From Podarcis vaucheri (Eukaryota), in assembly GCA_965113315.1 (NCBI GenBank), contig OZ220368.1: a DNA stretch of 64,000 bases; one strand, 5' to 3'. Positions 27,183 to 41,204 of this stretch are shown one piece after another. Below the pieces are notes generated by a model. That model was not told where the DNA came from, made no database searches, and saw only the letters and a program-made list of their open reading frames with translations. The position numbers and the translations under genes are program-made. The first letter of the stretch is position 1. Each line of letters starts with the position of its first letter.

Positions 27183-29986
27183 CATATCTGTACACATTGT
27201 TTGACTGGAGAATGGCATTGAAAAATTTGCATAAGTATGAATTTCGAAGGATGGCTCTATTTCAATTCTCATATTGTTTTGAAAAGTGCAAATCTGATAG
27301 ATTCACCTTTGAATGTGGACTGAATCGAATTTCTCCCCTGTCCCTACTTATTGCTGATGACAGATGATGTTCAGGATTACCAAAGTTCTCAGGGAGGGGC
27401 AACGTCAGCTCCCCCCCCCCCCACTGCCAGACTAGGTGTAAGGAAGCTGGCACCTAGCATGCTACCATGATGATGTACTAGATACCAGTTTGGTTGATTC
27501 TGTGCACCCACAGAAGGCACCATGGCCATTGCAGGAATGGAGAGTTGGTCCATATGTTGCTTGACTCCAACTCCCATCATCCAGCATGGGCAATGATCTG
27601 GGACCATGGGAGTTGTAGTTCCCTTCCTCTGGGCTTTGGGTATAACAAAAAACATGCCTGTTTATGGCCAAGGATTTTATTTATGTTCTGTTTCTGGGGT
27701 GATTTCCCACCTTAAGTGGACAAAATTAAACATGAAGCTTCTCATGTGTAGTTTGTCCTTGATGTGTTTTTCATGGATAAAAAGCTATTTTAAAGGCCGT
27801 GATCTAAAACTGGAGAGCTCTCCTAAAGCTGAATTCCTCTATGCACAGAGGAAACATCCCTGAGACCCTTTTGGCTCCTACCACCCTAAAAGTCCCAGGG
27901 CTGCAGGCACTCTTTATCATGCCCTAAGTTAACGAAGGCTTCCCACGGTTAGCCGATGAATTGTGTAAGTCATGACAGTTTGTCTCTGCTCTGCGGGGAG
28001 AATTCTATGATGATGAATGTGACTACATGTAGAATTACATGCCATAAACTCTCTGAGTGTGCACTGGCCCAGCTGAATGGATGGAGGGAATTGGTATCTT
28101 AGAAATTTGCCTCTGAATACCAGTTGCTAGAAATCAAGGCCAGTCCAAGACATTTTTTCTGGCTGGAGTGAAAGACAAGATGGCAACCCCACACCTCCAT
28201 CTATTCTATAAGCAGAAGGTGATGGGACTGGTATCTGGAACTTACCTTAATAGTAGCAAGGAGACTGTGTCATCCACCACGCCTGACAGAAGTTGGCTTG
28301 TTATGGAGGCCCACAGGACAGGCAGGGTGGTACACAATTGTATCCTCCAGCAGAGGGCAAGAGGGCAGCTCCATCTAACCCTGCAGCATTTGACGCCTAG
28401 GGCAGTTGCCCCACTCTGCCTAATGAGAGGGCTGGCCTCCCATTGGGAATCTTTGTTTTCCCTCTCTTGCACTACTGAATAAAGCTTTCTTGCTCAGGAC
28501 CTTCATGGATCTCACTCTCCCTTCCCCCTATAAACATGGGGTCGAGAGAGAAAACTTACCATATTCTAACCCGTTAGTGCTGATAGCTCTTTCTAGAGGA
28601 CCCATAAAGTTTCAAATCTCCAGATGAGGCAATGCATCCCTCAACATCCCCTGCTTACAACCTCTGCAATGAAGTTTACCATATGTGCCCACAACTGCCC
28701 TTCTGCCTGAGGACAGCTTTTGATCAAATTAGTCAATAGCAATCAAGGCCCTGTGTCTGCCTCAGTAGCCACTTGCCAGCCAGCTAGAGCTGGTGGCATA
28801 CTGTTGCCTTCAGCTAGTGCATACACACACAAACACCAACAATAAATGGGAAACTAACTTTGGGAAATACTGTCTGCACATCTTTGAGGATGAATGAAGA
28901 AGCCCTTTGCATATATCCTAAACTGTACATTCAATTGTTTGTACAACTTTTAAAAAATCAAACCAAAAGCACACAATGGCTCTCACATCTTTATACTTCC
29001 AAGCTAGGCCTGGGGGAGATGGGCTTGATGTACTACTTGGAGGGTGCCCCATAAGAAAAGAAGCAAGTATTGGGACACTGTTCACATGATCAACTTGTTT
29101 TTCTGCCATCCTCTCAAAGACGACTAAACACAGTTAGTAATAGTTCAAAGAGATAAGTAGATCTGGGGGTAGGGTGCCCCATAGCTCTCATACAGGATGA
29201 GATGCTGTGGGTCTCAGAAACAGGCCCTCTAGCTGTTTGGTCTGAGCCCATTGCTGTGGTTTGAGGGAGTGCAGAAAGGAAAACTGTCAAGGGGTGCATG
29301 TGTCCAAGGCCCCCCTAGAACATCCCCCAAGTAACTGGCTATATGCCCAAGCCTGTTATTTCAATAGCTGCCATAATGCCACACATTTGTCCAAGCTGCT
29401 TTCCTCTCTCTGCTCTGGCTGCAGGAAGTTCCCTTACTCCAGCAGAATGCAAGTCCCCAAATTCCTGGTTGCCCCTGACGATAGGGGTTTTGTGTACATA
29501 GAGAGTGGAAGGAGCCCAGCTCCTTCTCAGGGCCAGCCCAATTTCTCTGTAGGACCAGGATTAGAGGTGGATTCCTAACATTCTTTTGGGACGTTGATCA
29601 ACCGGTAGACCAGTCACAAATAGACATTGTGGGTGCCTTCAGACTGCCAGGGAACTGTGGGAGGGATTAAAGCGCCTACTGGGAAATTTAGACTTTCACA
29701 TTTGAAATGGATTCAGCTATTCTGTTGCCCTAATGCAACAAATATGCTTAGAAAAGGAAATGGATTTTCTGCAGTTAGGAAAGTGACTTGGAAATGTGCT
29801 TAAAAGTGTGGAATGGGTGAGTGACTAACAGGAAGACCTATAAACTCCCCAGAAGCAAATACAAATAAACGCAGGGTGAATGTTCATTGGTATATAACTT
29901 CCAACAAACAAGTCAGAATGGAATGCACATAGAGACCGGAAATTATTTAATCTTCATGTAAACTTTGTGTAAATAGGTAATCTGGA

Positions 29987-30124
29987 CATGGGCGTAGCCA
30001 AGGGAGGGCAGTAAGGGGCAACCCCCCCAACAATAAAAACCAATAAAAATACATAGCAAACTGAGTTTCGGGAGGGCCACAAAAGGCCTGCCCCCTCCCC
30101 CCAAAAATCCTGTCTATGCCCATG
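29987..30124. mobile_element. hAT-type MITE (CATGGGCGTAG termini)
   Basis: TIRs present; TSD AATCTGGA/AAACTGGA. Confidence 0.7.
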
Positions 30125-30273
30125 AAACTGGAAGAGCCCTGTGTTAATCTCTTAAGGCATGATACAGACTTCTGCATGGGCAACAGGAGAGCAGGGTCAC
30201 AAAAAGTATGTTTGTGTACTCTGTACGTGTGCATATTTCACAAGGGTGGAAAAGACACAAAAATGCAACGGTA

Positions 30274-30499
30274 TAGTGGTACCTCGGGTTACAGACGCTT
30301 CAGGTTACAGACTCTGCTAAGCCAGATATAGTACCTCGGGTTAAGAACTTTGCTTCAGGATGAGAACAGACATTGTATGGCGGTGGTGCGGCGACAGTGA
30401 GAGGCCCCATTAGCTAAAGTGGTGCTTCAAGTTAAGAAAAGTTTCAGGTTAAGAACAGACCTGCGGAACGAATTAAGTTCTTAACCCGAGGTACCACTG
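30274..30499 (+). mobile_element. Tc1/mariner MITE, same family as 24924
   Basis: TIRs, TA TSD, high identity to the 24924 copy. Confidence 0.85.
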
Positions 30500-32924
30500 T
30501 AGTATCCTGGGCCATCTGGACACATAATGAAACAAATAAACCTGAAGGCAGTAGCATATTATAGCAACTGTATTGCCACAGCCAAGAAGAAAAAGCAACA
30601 AGATGATACTTTTAATCACATGTGCAAAGAGGTGTGGAAACTAGTTTACCGTTGTTGCCAGGGAAATCCTTCACACGGAGTGAAGCTAGGGTAGCAGTGG
30701 GTTTATAGGTCTGGAGATACGGGTCATCTGAGAGCTGATTCTAAAGTCTACTGAGGGACAAGCAAATCAGCCACAGATGTAAGGAAATGCACAGGGTCAA
30801 GCATGAGAAGCTGTTGTGTAGGACTGTTGGGAACGCGCCACCCACTGCTCCCCTGGGATGGTAAAACTGGTCCAGCTGGATGTGTCAACAAAGCTGGGCC
30901 AGAAATGATGCAGTGCCACCAGCATTAGTTCTGGTACATGGCGCAGAAAAAGCCTCCCCTTGGAAGGTAAAATAAGGGTCAATGTAAAATATACGCCACT
31001 CCTTACCAAGACCACCCTAAGGTCTTTTGCAGGCAAGGGACAAAACAGTGCCTTCCCATGACATGTATAGAAGCCAGCTAGACTGGTCGTTGAACTTGAC
31101 TTCCACACTGGTGACAGGATGGTATCCTCTCCTGACCAGCAGGCTAGCTTAGCAGGTGAAAGGGAAGACTACATAGCACCTGTGGCTCTGTCTTTTCCTC
31201 CCAACATCTCTCCTCCAAAACCTCACTGCCCCTCACTCCAGCCTCCACCACCTCAGACTGATGCTTCACTCAATCTGAATGTAACAAAGGGCAATTGGCA
31301 ACCTCCATAAGCACATCGTGCCAGAGCACATGTTGCTGTTGAAGCATCAGCCAGGTAAAACATTCTACATGAGATGCTCTGCCTTCCACGCTGAATGGCC
31401 TGAGTCTTCCTCTCACTCTTACTCTTCCCCTAGTGCTGGCTGGGGCTGATGAGACTTGTAGTCCAACAACATCGGGAGGCCTCCAAGAGGGTGAAGGCTC
31501 TCCTGGAACATCACAACCTAGGCTTTGTCCTTCTTGCTGGTTATTCCCACCATAAAGTTCGCTTTTTATGTTGGGTACTCAGTAGGGCGTTCCCTTTAGT
31601 AGGGTATTCCCAGGCAAATCTGACTAGATTCTCCAAGCAGCAATATAAGAAGTATTACATTTGGTTTACAACTGTCATTGTTCCCTGGGTTGGAGTGATA
31701 GGAGGAAGAAATGCTCACTAATCTGGAGCATTACTGCAGCCCAAGGGTTTGCCCCATATCCCAGAAGTACTGAAACAAACAAACCGGCGCCATCTGCCGG
31801 TCTGAAGAAGGACCAAGAGAAAGGCTGGTGATAATAAACAGAGATCGAGATGCTCCAAGGGCAGAACAGCAACTGCGCACGTAAAAGAACTACACCTTCA
31901 CGCACGAGAAAGACACCTGCAGTAACGCACACAAGAATCTACACTTAGGAACATGTAGATTTCAGATTGTGTATGGTTTCATGAATCTGATATGCTCAGA
32001 ATCGGCTTCTTGCATTTGCAGATACACAGCTTTTAAAACGAAACTTGTCCCACTTACTTTGACCCACATTTCCCTTTTGCTTTCCACTTGTGAGACTTCT
32101 CGGGTTTCAAAGACCTTTCCAGCATTAATCCACACAACTGCTTGTGGGGTTAATTCAGACCATGCAAACATTATCTATTTCCCCCGTTCGTGGACAGCAT
32201 GTGTATGTGTCAAGCTGGTTGCTGGCTCTGGTTTGGAAGTTATAACCTGTGTGGATTTTGCACAGCCTACCCTGCATATTTTGACATACAGGTGTATTTG
32301 TGATCATGGGGAAAGACTGCATGGTCAGTCTCTGCAAAATAAAAAAAACAAAACAGTTCCTCATCATCATCTCTAACCATACTCAACCTAATTGACTTAA
32401 CATAGTTGTTGTAAGTATTATTGAGAACTTAGGGGAGTTTGTTGTTGTTGTTGTTGTTGTTGTTGTCGTCTATATAGGCAGAATAATAAGTCCAACATAA
32501 ACAGGTGAGCAAGCTCAGTCTGCACCGGGGCTGAGATAATGCTGATCCGCAGTGGAAAATAAAGATCATGGTCATCTGCTTTTAGAAGAAGTAACATGAC
32601 AATCCCACTCACCCCAGCTCTGGATTTATCAATGGGTAGGCGGATCCCACTTCCCCATTGTGACTCTGCATCACTATGCGGGTTTCACAACATATTTTGG
32701 TCAGAGTTTACGAGAAAAGGCGGGGGGGAGGGAAGGGAAGGGGAAATTCCAGTAAATGCCTCTAGTTCTTCATTCTTGAGAATAGGAAGTTACTGGACTT
32801 CTTGTTGGGACTTTTCAGTTTCTGCTTTAACAAGGAAAAAGGTCTTTGTTTTCTAACCTCTGCCTTATGTCAGGTCCTTGCAGTAGCTGTCAAATACTTA
32901 TGCCTTTCCCCCGTTAGCACTAGA

Positions 32925-33156
32925 GATACAGCTTAGTGTAGTGGTTTGAATGTCGGACTATGACCTAGGAAACCAGGGTTCAAATCCCCACTCAGCCATG
33001 AAGCTCACTTGGAGAACTTGGGCCAGTATCTGATTCTCAGCCTAACCTACTTTACAGAGTTGTAGGGATAATGTGAGGACGAGGAGAACCACGTGTGCCA
33101 CCTGAAGCTCCTTGGAGAAAAGGGTGAGCTACAAAGGCAATAAATAATAATAATAA
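32925..33156 (+). mobile_element. tRNA-derived squamate SINE (other copies at ~2975-3160, ~15840-16010, ~59535-59895)
   Basis: GTGTAGTGGTT...GGTTCAAATCCC A/B boxes and (AAT)n tail. Confidence 0.7.
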
Positions 33157-33959
33157 GACTGTGTATTATTATACTGGGCACCTTCATGAGTTTCCCATCA
33201 GAGCTTTGTGGCAAAGAGAAAGGAATTGCCTCCCTTTAGAACAAGTCACTGATGAAGACGTGTCCTGGAGTCTTATCTTCCTCGCTGATCTGGTTGGGGT
33301 CAACAGGTCTTGATCTGGCGAGGGACTAAGAGTTCCCAGCTTGTAAACAAGCAGCCTTGGCTGCTAGCGCCCCCTCTGGGGAGAAACCTGTTCTCCCTGA
33401 TTCTACTAAAGCCGGTCACTTGCAGCTTCTGCTGTCTGTATGATGACACATCTGAACTTTGGTACCCCAGTTGCAAAAGGGGCCATGGACCTGGGATGAT
33501 CAGGGCAAGTGTCTGCTGATCAACCTGTGACAGCATGATGGTGATGAGTGTTCTTGGAATGGAAACGAAGACTTTGAAGTTCAGGGAGAGATCAGGATGA
33601 CTCAAGCTGTGCCCTGAATACAACAGACATTCTTGCCCTTTCACCTACTTTTCACACTCGCTCGGTTGTAACACCACGTTATACATCGCAGGCACATAGG
33701 AAGCTGCCTGTACAGAGTCAGACCTGAAGTCACCATCCAGGAGTTTGGTTTTCTAACTTGACCTTCATCTGAATGCATAGGTGCCAACTCCCTGGGGCAC
33801 TGAGTTCCCAAGCACCCACAAAATTCCCCATGAAGGGGACAGGCACTCACAAATTTCAGTGCCAGGGCCATACACGCTACATGGCATCCATGGCCCTGGG
33901 CACCCACGGTCACGGGTCCAAGCTGGCACTTCTGTCTGAATGGCTGCATAAAAATTAAA

Positions 33960-34104
33960 AAGCACTTTGATGTGCTTTCGAACTGCTAGGTTGGCAGGAA
34001 CGGGGACCAAGCAAAGGGAACTCACCCTGTCGCAGGGATTCGAACCGCCGACGTTCCGATCAGCAAGTCCTAGGTTCAGCAGTTTAGACCACGGTGCCAC
34101 CCGC
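33960..34104 (-). mobile_element. Sauria SINE 5' fragment
   Basis: Matches the head half of the other Sauria SINE copies. Confidence 0.8.
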
Positions 34105-34644
34105 TATGGGGTAGAAGGGTTTAGAGGGGTGCAAATGTGATCGACTAATCAATCAATTTGTCATTAGTATTTGGGTGGTGCAAAGCTTGCTGGTATGTGT
34201 GTCTGTATTAACCAAAGACAGTTCTAAACAACATTGCACTTCAATATCAAGAAAGCTCTAAAGTGGTCCATATTCATTCAGCTTCTTTCTAGAAGATTCA
34301 AAACTTAATTCTTCTGATGTGTTTTTAATTGGGTAATTCCCTGCCCAGTCCTGTAGCTCAGGGCAGTTTGCAGCATTTCTACGATATTTCTTCATGCTAC
34401 CCCAGGGATGTGAAATTCAGCTTTATTTTGGCTTGAGCTTTTTTTTGCTACCTCATCTTCACATGGCTAACCCTTCCCCACCCACTTTTTTTTTGACAAT
34501 GAGACTACTGTGGAAGGCAGCATGTGGCACGGAACTGAAGGCCACAATGGGAAGGTCCAGAATGGTCATAAAAATAGAAGCAGGGTGACCTTTGACTAGG
34601 AAGCCATTTCTCAGTTTTATTAGCTTGAGGAAAACAGGAAGTCT

Positions 34645-34762
34645 CATGGGTGTAGCCAGGATTTTTGTTGGGGGGGGCTCAGTTTACTATGTATTTTTAT
34701 TGATTTTTATTGATTGGGGGGAGCTGCCCTTCCCTGCCCCCCCCCCCTTGGCTATGCCCATG
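34645..34762. mobile_element. hAT-type MITE, same family as 29987, opposite orientation
   Basis: Termini CATGGGTGTAGCCA and TGGCTATGCCCATG, TSD GGAAGTCT/AGAAGTCT. Confidence 0.75.
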
Positions 34763-36216
34763 AGAAGTCTATTATTAGGATCAGAGGCCCACATGGGTAA
34801 TGACAGCTTGACTGTGCCGTCTTGTTTAGTTCGTCTCTGAAATGCAGGATGATGCTAAGAAGATGTTGAGAAGGAATTCCAGAGTTTGATATTCCAGCAC
34901 CCAGTGGGGTTTTCCTGGTTTTTAAAGGATGTACAAATTCATTAGGGTGACGCTAGGAGTAGCCAGAGCAGAGAAACAATGGACACTTCCAGACAATCAC
35001 TATTTTTGGGTAGAATTCAGTCACATACCACCAAAGCCAGGTTGTGCAATGGCAGCTTTATTTCAACAATTTTTAAATTTATTTTGACAATTTACATAAC
35101 TGCTGAATTACGATGGTCTCTAAGCAGTGAACAAGAAAGCCAATAGATAGGAAACTAAAAATCTGTTAAAGTGATGAATTCAGAATTAAAATGCCTGAAG
35201 GAATAAAGAAAAATCATCAGCAGGTACCAGCAGTTCAACAGTCAGGGGCCCTGTCTGACCTCATCTGGAAGGCAGTCCCATAAAATTGGGCTTGCAATAT
35301 GAAGTGCACGGCTCCTGGTGGATAGAGCCACGCATCTGAGCCATGGGGGACCATTTACAGTGACCCCAGTGAAGACCTCAGTGACCAGGCAGAGATATAA
35401 GGGATCAGGCAGTCCCCTAGGGTATTGTAGATTAAAGCAACCTGTCCCCGTAGCATATGGGCAGCCTGTGCAATTGGAAGGCCTTGCACAACAAACCTGC
35501 TTCCCCAAAAGAAGATCAAATATTTTGCAATAAGGAAGGTGATGGGGAAATGAACTGGAAAGCATGGGACAGCATTTGTTTTGATGCAACGTTGTCTTAC
35601 CTCCCTGCAAACAAGACCGAACAAATGCTCATTATGTAGCCAACATCGTCTAATCTCCCTGCAAACAATTTGAGATGAATGCTCAGTAAGCAGGTTGTCT
35701 GGAAGAGTCCCAAAAGCATTTGAGGAAAGTATACAGGAATGGAGATGCAAGGCAAAGTTGCTCAGTGACTACTTGGCACCAGAGCTAAGCCTTCTTCTGG
35801 CTGGGCATTGGTTGGGGGCTTAGTTGCTATAACAGGAACAGGGCCGGTCCTAACATTAGGCGAGGTGGACTTGTGAAGCAGCTGGTTTCAGGTGTGATGA
35901 AAGGCCATTGTTGTATTTTTGCTGCCAGGGTAGGCAGAGGTGCTTGTGGGATTTCCTGCCTCAGGCACCCAAATCTCTTGACTGGCTACTATGCTCCTGG
36001 TCTTGAGAGGAGGGATGCAACTTGCTGCCCCACCTTGTGCAGCATTGGGTGGATGGGTAAGGACTATCTTTCTTAAATGCTGTCTCCTTGCCCTTCTGAC
36101 TTGCCTCTCGCAGCAGCCTTGAGACAAATGTGCATCTCTCTGAGCTCCATGCACAGAAATGCATTGCCAAGAGCTGCTTCCTGCTCTTGCTCACACTGTG
36201 AGTGACTGACCTTATA

Positions 36217-36561
36217 CAGTGGTGCCCCGCAAGACGAATGCCTCGCAAGACGGAAAACTCGCTAGACGAAAGGGTTTTGCGGTTTTTGAGCTGCTTCGCA
36301 AGACGATTTTCCCTATGGGCTTGCTTCGCAAGACAAAAACGTCTTGCAAGTTTGTTTCCTTTTTCTTAACACCGTTAATACAGTTGCGACTTGACTTCGA
36401 GGAGCAACTCATAGAACGCGGTGTGGTAGCCTTTTTTGAGGTTTTTGGCGATTTTTGAAGCTTTTCCAAAACTTTTCCGACACTGTGCTTCGTAAGACGA
36501 AAAATTCGCTAGGCGAAAAAACTCGCGGAACAAATTAATTTCGTCTTGCGAGGCACCACTG
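36217..36561. mobile_element. Tc1/mariner MITE (CAGTGGTGCC termini)
   Basis: Long TIR CAGTGGTGCCYCGCAAGACGAA, TA TSD, internal GCAAGACG repeats. Confidence 0.85.
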
Positions 36562-37017
36562 TATAGAGATATCTATGATACTTTCATGTGTGCAGCCAAC
36601 TTTCCCCAATAACTTATGATGGCATTTGGCTGAGTATCCAGCACAGGATTAATGCTGCATTAAGTAAACCTGCCTTTACAACCTCCCCCGCCAACTGAGA
36701 ACGTCCATCAGCAGCTGAGATTTTTCTGTGCCCTGGACCCTTAACACTGTAACATGAATAAGAGCCCTTATTCACAATACACACATATTTTTAATATACT
36801 GGCTGATGCATCCTCCACTAAACTTCTACTTTCTCTTCTGGACTTCTAGACCTTTTCAGGCCCAAATCTCTATTTTAAAGGGGGGGGGGGATCGGTCTTG
36901 TCTTCTTCATTTTCTCATTTCCGTATCTTATACTACCCTCTGGTGTGCAGAATATGAATTACAGAAATCTCCAGTGAATTACTGAGTAGTCAAAGTATCA
37001 CAGGATATTTGCTAGAG

Positions 37018-38442
37018 CAGTGTTTCCCAACCTTTTTTGGGCAAAGGCACACTTGTTTCATGAAAAAAATCTCGAGGCACACCACCATTACAGCCCCGTG
37101 ACGTCAGCGCGCAGCGTCACGCCGGGAAGGACATGAATTGCTAGCAAATTACATAATCACCTCCTTGAGGGCTGGCTCATCTTCTCCGAAGGCAGAACCC
37201 CATTAATTAACAGCACAGACTCATACCATAGCCAAGACGAGGGGGGAAAACCTCAGTCATGTACAGTCATGCACATGTGGGGGCTAAATGAGGACGAAGA
37301 CAGGGCACAGAGCAGGGTTCAAATCACCCCACCTGGCCAGGACAATCCCTGGGTGCTCCCTTGGGCTGCTCGCCTGACCCACCTCGCAGGGCTGTTGTTG
37401 CGAGGATAACACGGGGAGAACCACGCACGCCCCCGGGAGCTCCTTGGAGGAGAAAGCGGGCGATGAATGCAATGCACGAAATATATGAGAGGCGACCAGG
37501 TTTTGCAGGTGAGGGGCCCCCGCCAGCCTCCGCTTCCAACACCCGGCACAATGACGCCGAAGTTTCCCCCCGGGCTCGGCTCGGGGAGCAGCGCTGCTCC
37601 CCCCGGCTCCCCTTCGCCCTCCCGGCTCTCTCTGCCGCCCACTGGGGACCCCCCTCACCTGCCAAGTCCAGAGCGCCGGTGGAAGTTGCATGCATGCATG
37701 CAGGGCGCCGCGTTGCCATTGCATTGGACTGCACTCCATGCAACGCCTGCACGCATGCATTGCCTTGCACGCCCGCCAAGGGGTCTCCCCGCGGTCCGAT
37801 GCGTCCCCTCCGGCGCGGATGCAGCATTGCAAAAATAACCCCCCCCCGACGCAGCCCTACCTGGGGGGCAGCCTCCGCCGCTCCGCCTCCGCGGGGATCC
37901 CCGGGCTCCATCCTGCCGCCCGATCTCCGCGGGGGCGCAGGCAGGCTGCGCGGGGTCTGCGCGGAAGAGCCCCTGCCCGCCCGGCCGCCGCCGCCGCGCT
38001 CATTCCATGGCCGGGAGAAGAGCACTTCAAACAAAACGCCCGGCCCGCCAGGCCACGCTGGGAAACGTAGTTCGCGCACCCCGCGCGGGCGCGGAGCCCA
38101 AGGGCGAGGGGACTACGGATCCCGGCAGCCCCTGCGCCAGGGACGGAGGGGGAGAGGCCGGGTGCAGGGATGGAGGGACGGGTGGGCGAGCGAGTGAGTG
38201 AGTGGCAGCCGCCAAGCCTTGGCCGAGAGCCAGGAAGGGCCTCCCCGGAGGAGGAGGAGGAGGAGGGAGGCGCAGAGCGGGAGGGAGGGAGGGAACCCCA
38301 GGGGTCATCTAGTGACGGCGCCCCAATCGAAAATTTGACTTTAAAAAAAAAATCTTTCAATTTTTTTAATTTTTCCCGCGGCACACCAGGCAACATCTCG
38401 CGGCACACTAGTGTGCCACGGAACAGTGGTTGGGAAACACTG
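37018..38442. mobile_element. Non-autonomous hAT (Charlie-like) element with CpG-island-like interior
   Basis: Perfect 15-bp TIR CAGTGTTTCCCAACC, 8-bp TSD TGCTAGAG at 37010-37017 and 38443-38450. Confidence 0.9.
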
Positions 38443-39199
38443 TGCTAGAGAAAACAAGCACAGCTACCCCTCTGAAATTTGAACCCAACAAACATTTATC
38501 AGTTGCAGGTATGTTTGATCTTAAAGGCCCAAGGGTGAAATGCCTCTGACTAGAACCTAATTTTTCTAGATTCTTAACTTTCAGAAGTAGTGAGATAAAA
38601 TATTTTGCAGCTATAAATCATGAACACTTGTAGCTTATATACAAAATAATAAAGCATGCAATAGCAATTTTTAAGACGAGGGTTCAAAATTGGTTGTATC
38701 TTTAAAGGGGGCATGAAAATAAGTCAGAAGCCAAAGATATGAAATTTTGGATTTATTATTAATAAGGGAGATAATCCATAAGGAAGCCAATGCACAAATT
38801 ACACAAAAAGTGACACACACACCTTTATATGACCGGTGTAGGAAGCAGCCATTCCCCCTAGAAACATAGCACTTAAATTTAGATTATCTGGTGGCTATCT
38901 CTTTTTATCCCACTGACCACGTGCAGTCTTTAAGATGTGCATAACTGCTCAGCCACCATCATTTTTGCAAGAGAGACACTGCATCTGAGCTGTGCTTTTT
39001 TTGGGGGGGGGGGGTTGCACATGGCCACACTTGTGCCAGAAAATGGTGGGAGTGGTATCTTTCAAACCACCAACCAGGGCTTCCAAACCAGGGGTTCCTA
39101 GTGCTTTCCAATCATTGCACTTCCACTGTAAGCTGCAAGCATGCTATTGAGAAGTAGTGGTGACCCCTACTTTGCCCATGGTGCACTTGCTCCTGGACC

Positions 39200-40400
39200 C
39201 TCTAATCTGCAATAGTTATCAACCAATTACTAATATATATGGGAAGGCTATTGAGAGGGTCATGACACAGCAGCTGTAGATGCTCTTGGATGAAATTGAT
39301 TATCCAGACCCATATCAGTGTGGCTTCAGACCTTGTTTCAGAACCAAATTGACCTTGGCTGTCCAAATAGATGGCCTTCATAAAGAGAGGGATAAGGGGA
39401 GCGCAACCTTGTTTCTTCTGCTTGATTTCTCTGTGGCTTTCAATGCCATCACCCTGGGCATCTTCCAGGACTGGTTCTGCAAGGTGGGTGTCAGGAGCAT
39501 TGTCATACAGTGGCCGTTGTCCTTCCTGCCGAGTGGATTTCAAGGAGCAGTGATGGGGAGACACTCTTTAGGCCCCTGGCACCTGTGTTATGGGGTGCCA
39601 CAGGGCACTGTGCTATTAATATCTATGTGAAGCTGCTGGATGTGGTCGTGAAGGGAGTTGGAGCAAAGTGTCAGATGATGCACAGTTCTATTTCACTACA
39701 ACATATGAATCTGGAGGAGGTGTGCAGGCTGTGGACCAGTGTCTGTGTGCTGCGGTGAGCTGGCTGAGGGCAAATTAACTGAATCTGCAGGTGCTCCTGG
39801 ATCCGTCTTTGTTACTTGAGGCACAGGCAACCGTGATGACTTGGAGTGACTTTTACCCACTTTGGTTGGTAAGACAGCTACAGTTCCTGGGCAAAGATAG
39901 CTTGGCCACTGTGGTCTTGGCATTGGGAGAACAGCCTTTACCAAAGGTGGCATGGGCTTTGAAGATGCTCAATCTCAGGACAAAAAGAAGAAATGTGCTA
40001 AGAGGAAGGCACACTTGGCAAACCCTCGCCGTGATCAACTCCCACCTGGAAACCTATGTCCCCATTGTGGATCCAGAATTGGCCTCCACAGTCACTTATG
40101 GACTCGCTGTTAAGACCATGTTCATGGAAGACAATCTTACTTGGCTATGAGTGATTGCCAAAGAAGAAGACTACAATGCACTCTCTGTGAGGCTCAGCCC
40201 AGAAGCTGCAGCCAGTACACAAAGCAGAGGCTAGATTGTTGACTGTGGTACCCCACTGAGGAAGCTGCACTGACTTCCAATATGCTAATCGAGCCTTGAG
40301 TTAAAGCCTTAAACAATTTGGGACCAGGTGACATAAAGGACTGCCCTGTCTGCATTCCTCAGATGGGACACTGCTCTGGGTATGGCATGCCCCAAGAAAT
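39200..40400 (+). mobile_element. Degenerate L2/CR1-group LINE, RT region
   Basis: RT motifs DPYQCGFRP...LLLDFSVAFNAI and YGVPQG. Confidence 0.8.
39925..40170 (+). mobile_element. RTE-clade LINE 3' fragment nested in an L2/CR1 remnant
   Basis: Same family as 14876; ends in (AAG)n. Confidence 0.72.
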
Positions 40401-40441
40401 GTCTAGTTTATTACTGGGTTTTTCATGTTGCAGCTCCAGTC

Positions 40442-41204
40442 TGTCAGGAGCCGGCGTGAGAAGCAGGTCAGCAATAAAAAACACTGGTGTGAGTGAAGTT
40501 AACTCTTTATTCAAAGAAACAAAACAGCTCAGCCCTAGTGGTCCCAGCAACCCATCCCAGTAGGTCTTGCCTCAGTGAGGCAGTTGTGAGGACCACTCTC
40601 TAAGGCTCCTCTCCCAATTCCTTCCCAAGCAGCTTAAGGCTCATTGCTCCGCCCTCTTCAATTCTGTGTGTGTTTTGGGAGACTGGAGGGGAGCAGGTTG
40701 CAGCAGGAGGGGGAGACTGTTTGGTCACTGTGAGAACAGGATGCTGGGCTAGATGAGTTTTGGACAAGACAGGGCTCTTCTTATGCCATTCTGTTCTTCT
40801 GGGCCAAAGAACTCACCTACATTTGCTGGTAGACACAAGTCGAGGGAGTCTAAGCTTCTCTCACTGTCCCCATTCCCCCATCATCCTAATGGAAGCTTTC
40901 TTGGTGCATCTGCAGGTGAGACTGCTGTTCTTTTTGTGGTGGGGATGGAAAGGAGCATCTAGATTCTGCAGCATAAAGAGGTACAGGGGCAGCATCCTTA
41001 GGAAGATGTTAGTTTTGCTGGCCAGGTTATAGGGAATTAGTGGGAGTCTAGGTGCATATAGGAAATCCCGTTTGCAGCAATGTTTATAGGTGTGTGGGTG
41101 AGCATGTGAATGGGAAGACACATCTGCAAACGTTGGCAAGTCTCCAGTTCTAACAATGTACTGTGTGTGGCTTGAGTGATGCTTTTGACACAATTCCACA
41201 TGAC
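40442..41204 (-). mobile_element. LTR-like repeat downstream of the FGD2 stop codon
   Basis: TGTCA...TGACA ends; the first ~160 bp are homologous to the copy at 43340. Confidence 0.5.

Noticed and set aside
37284-38448. Several long overlapping ORFs (183-278 aa)
   Set aside because: Low-complexity Pro/Gly/Arg/Ala ORFs on both strands, caused by high GC content inside the hAT element; no domain motifs.
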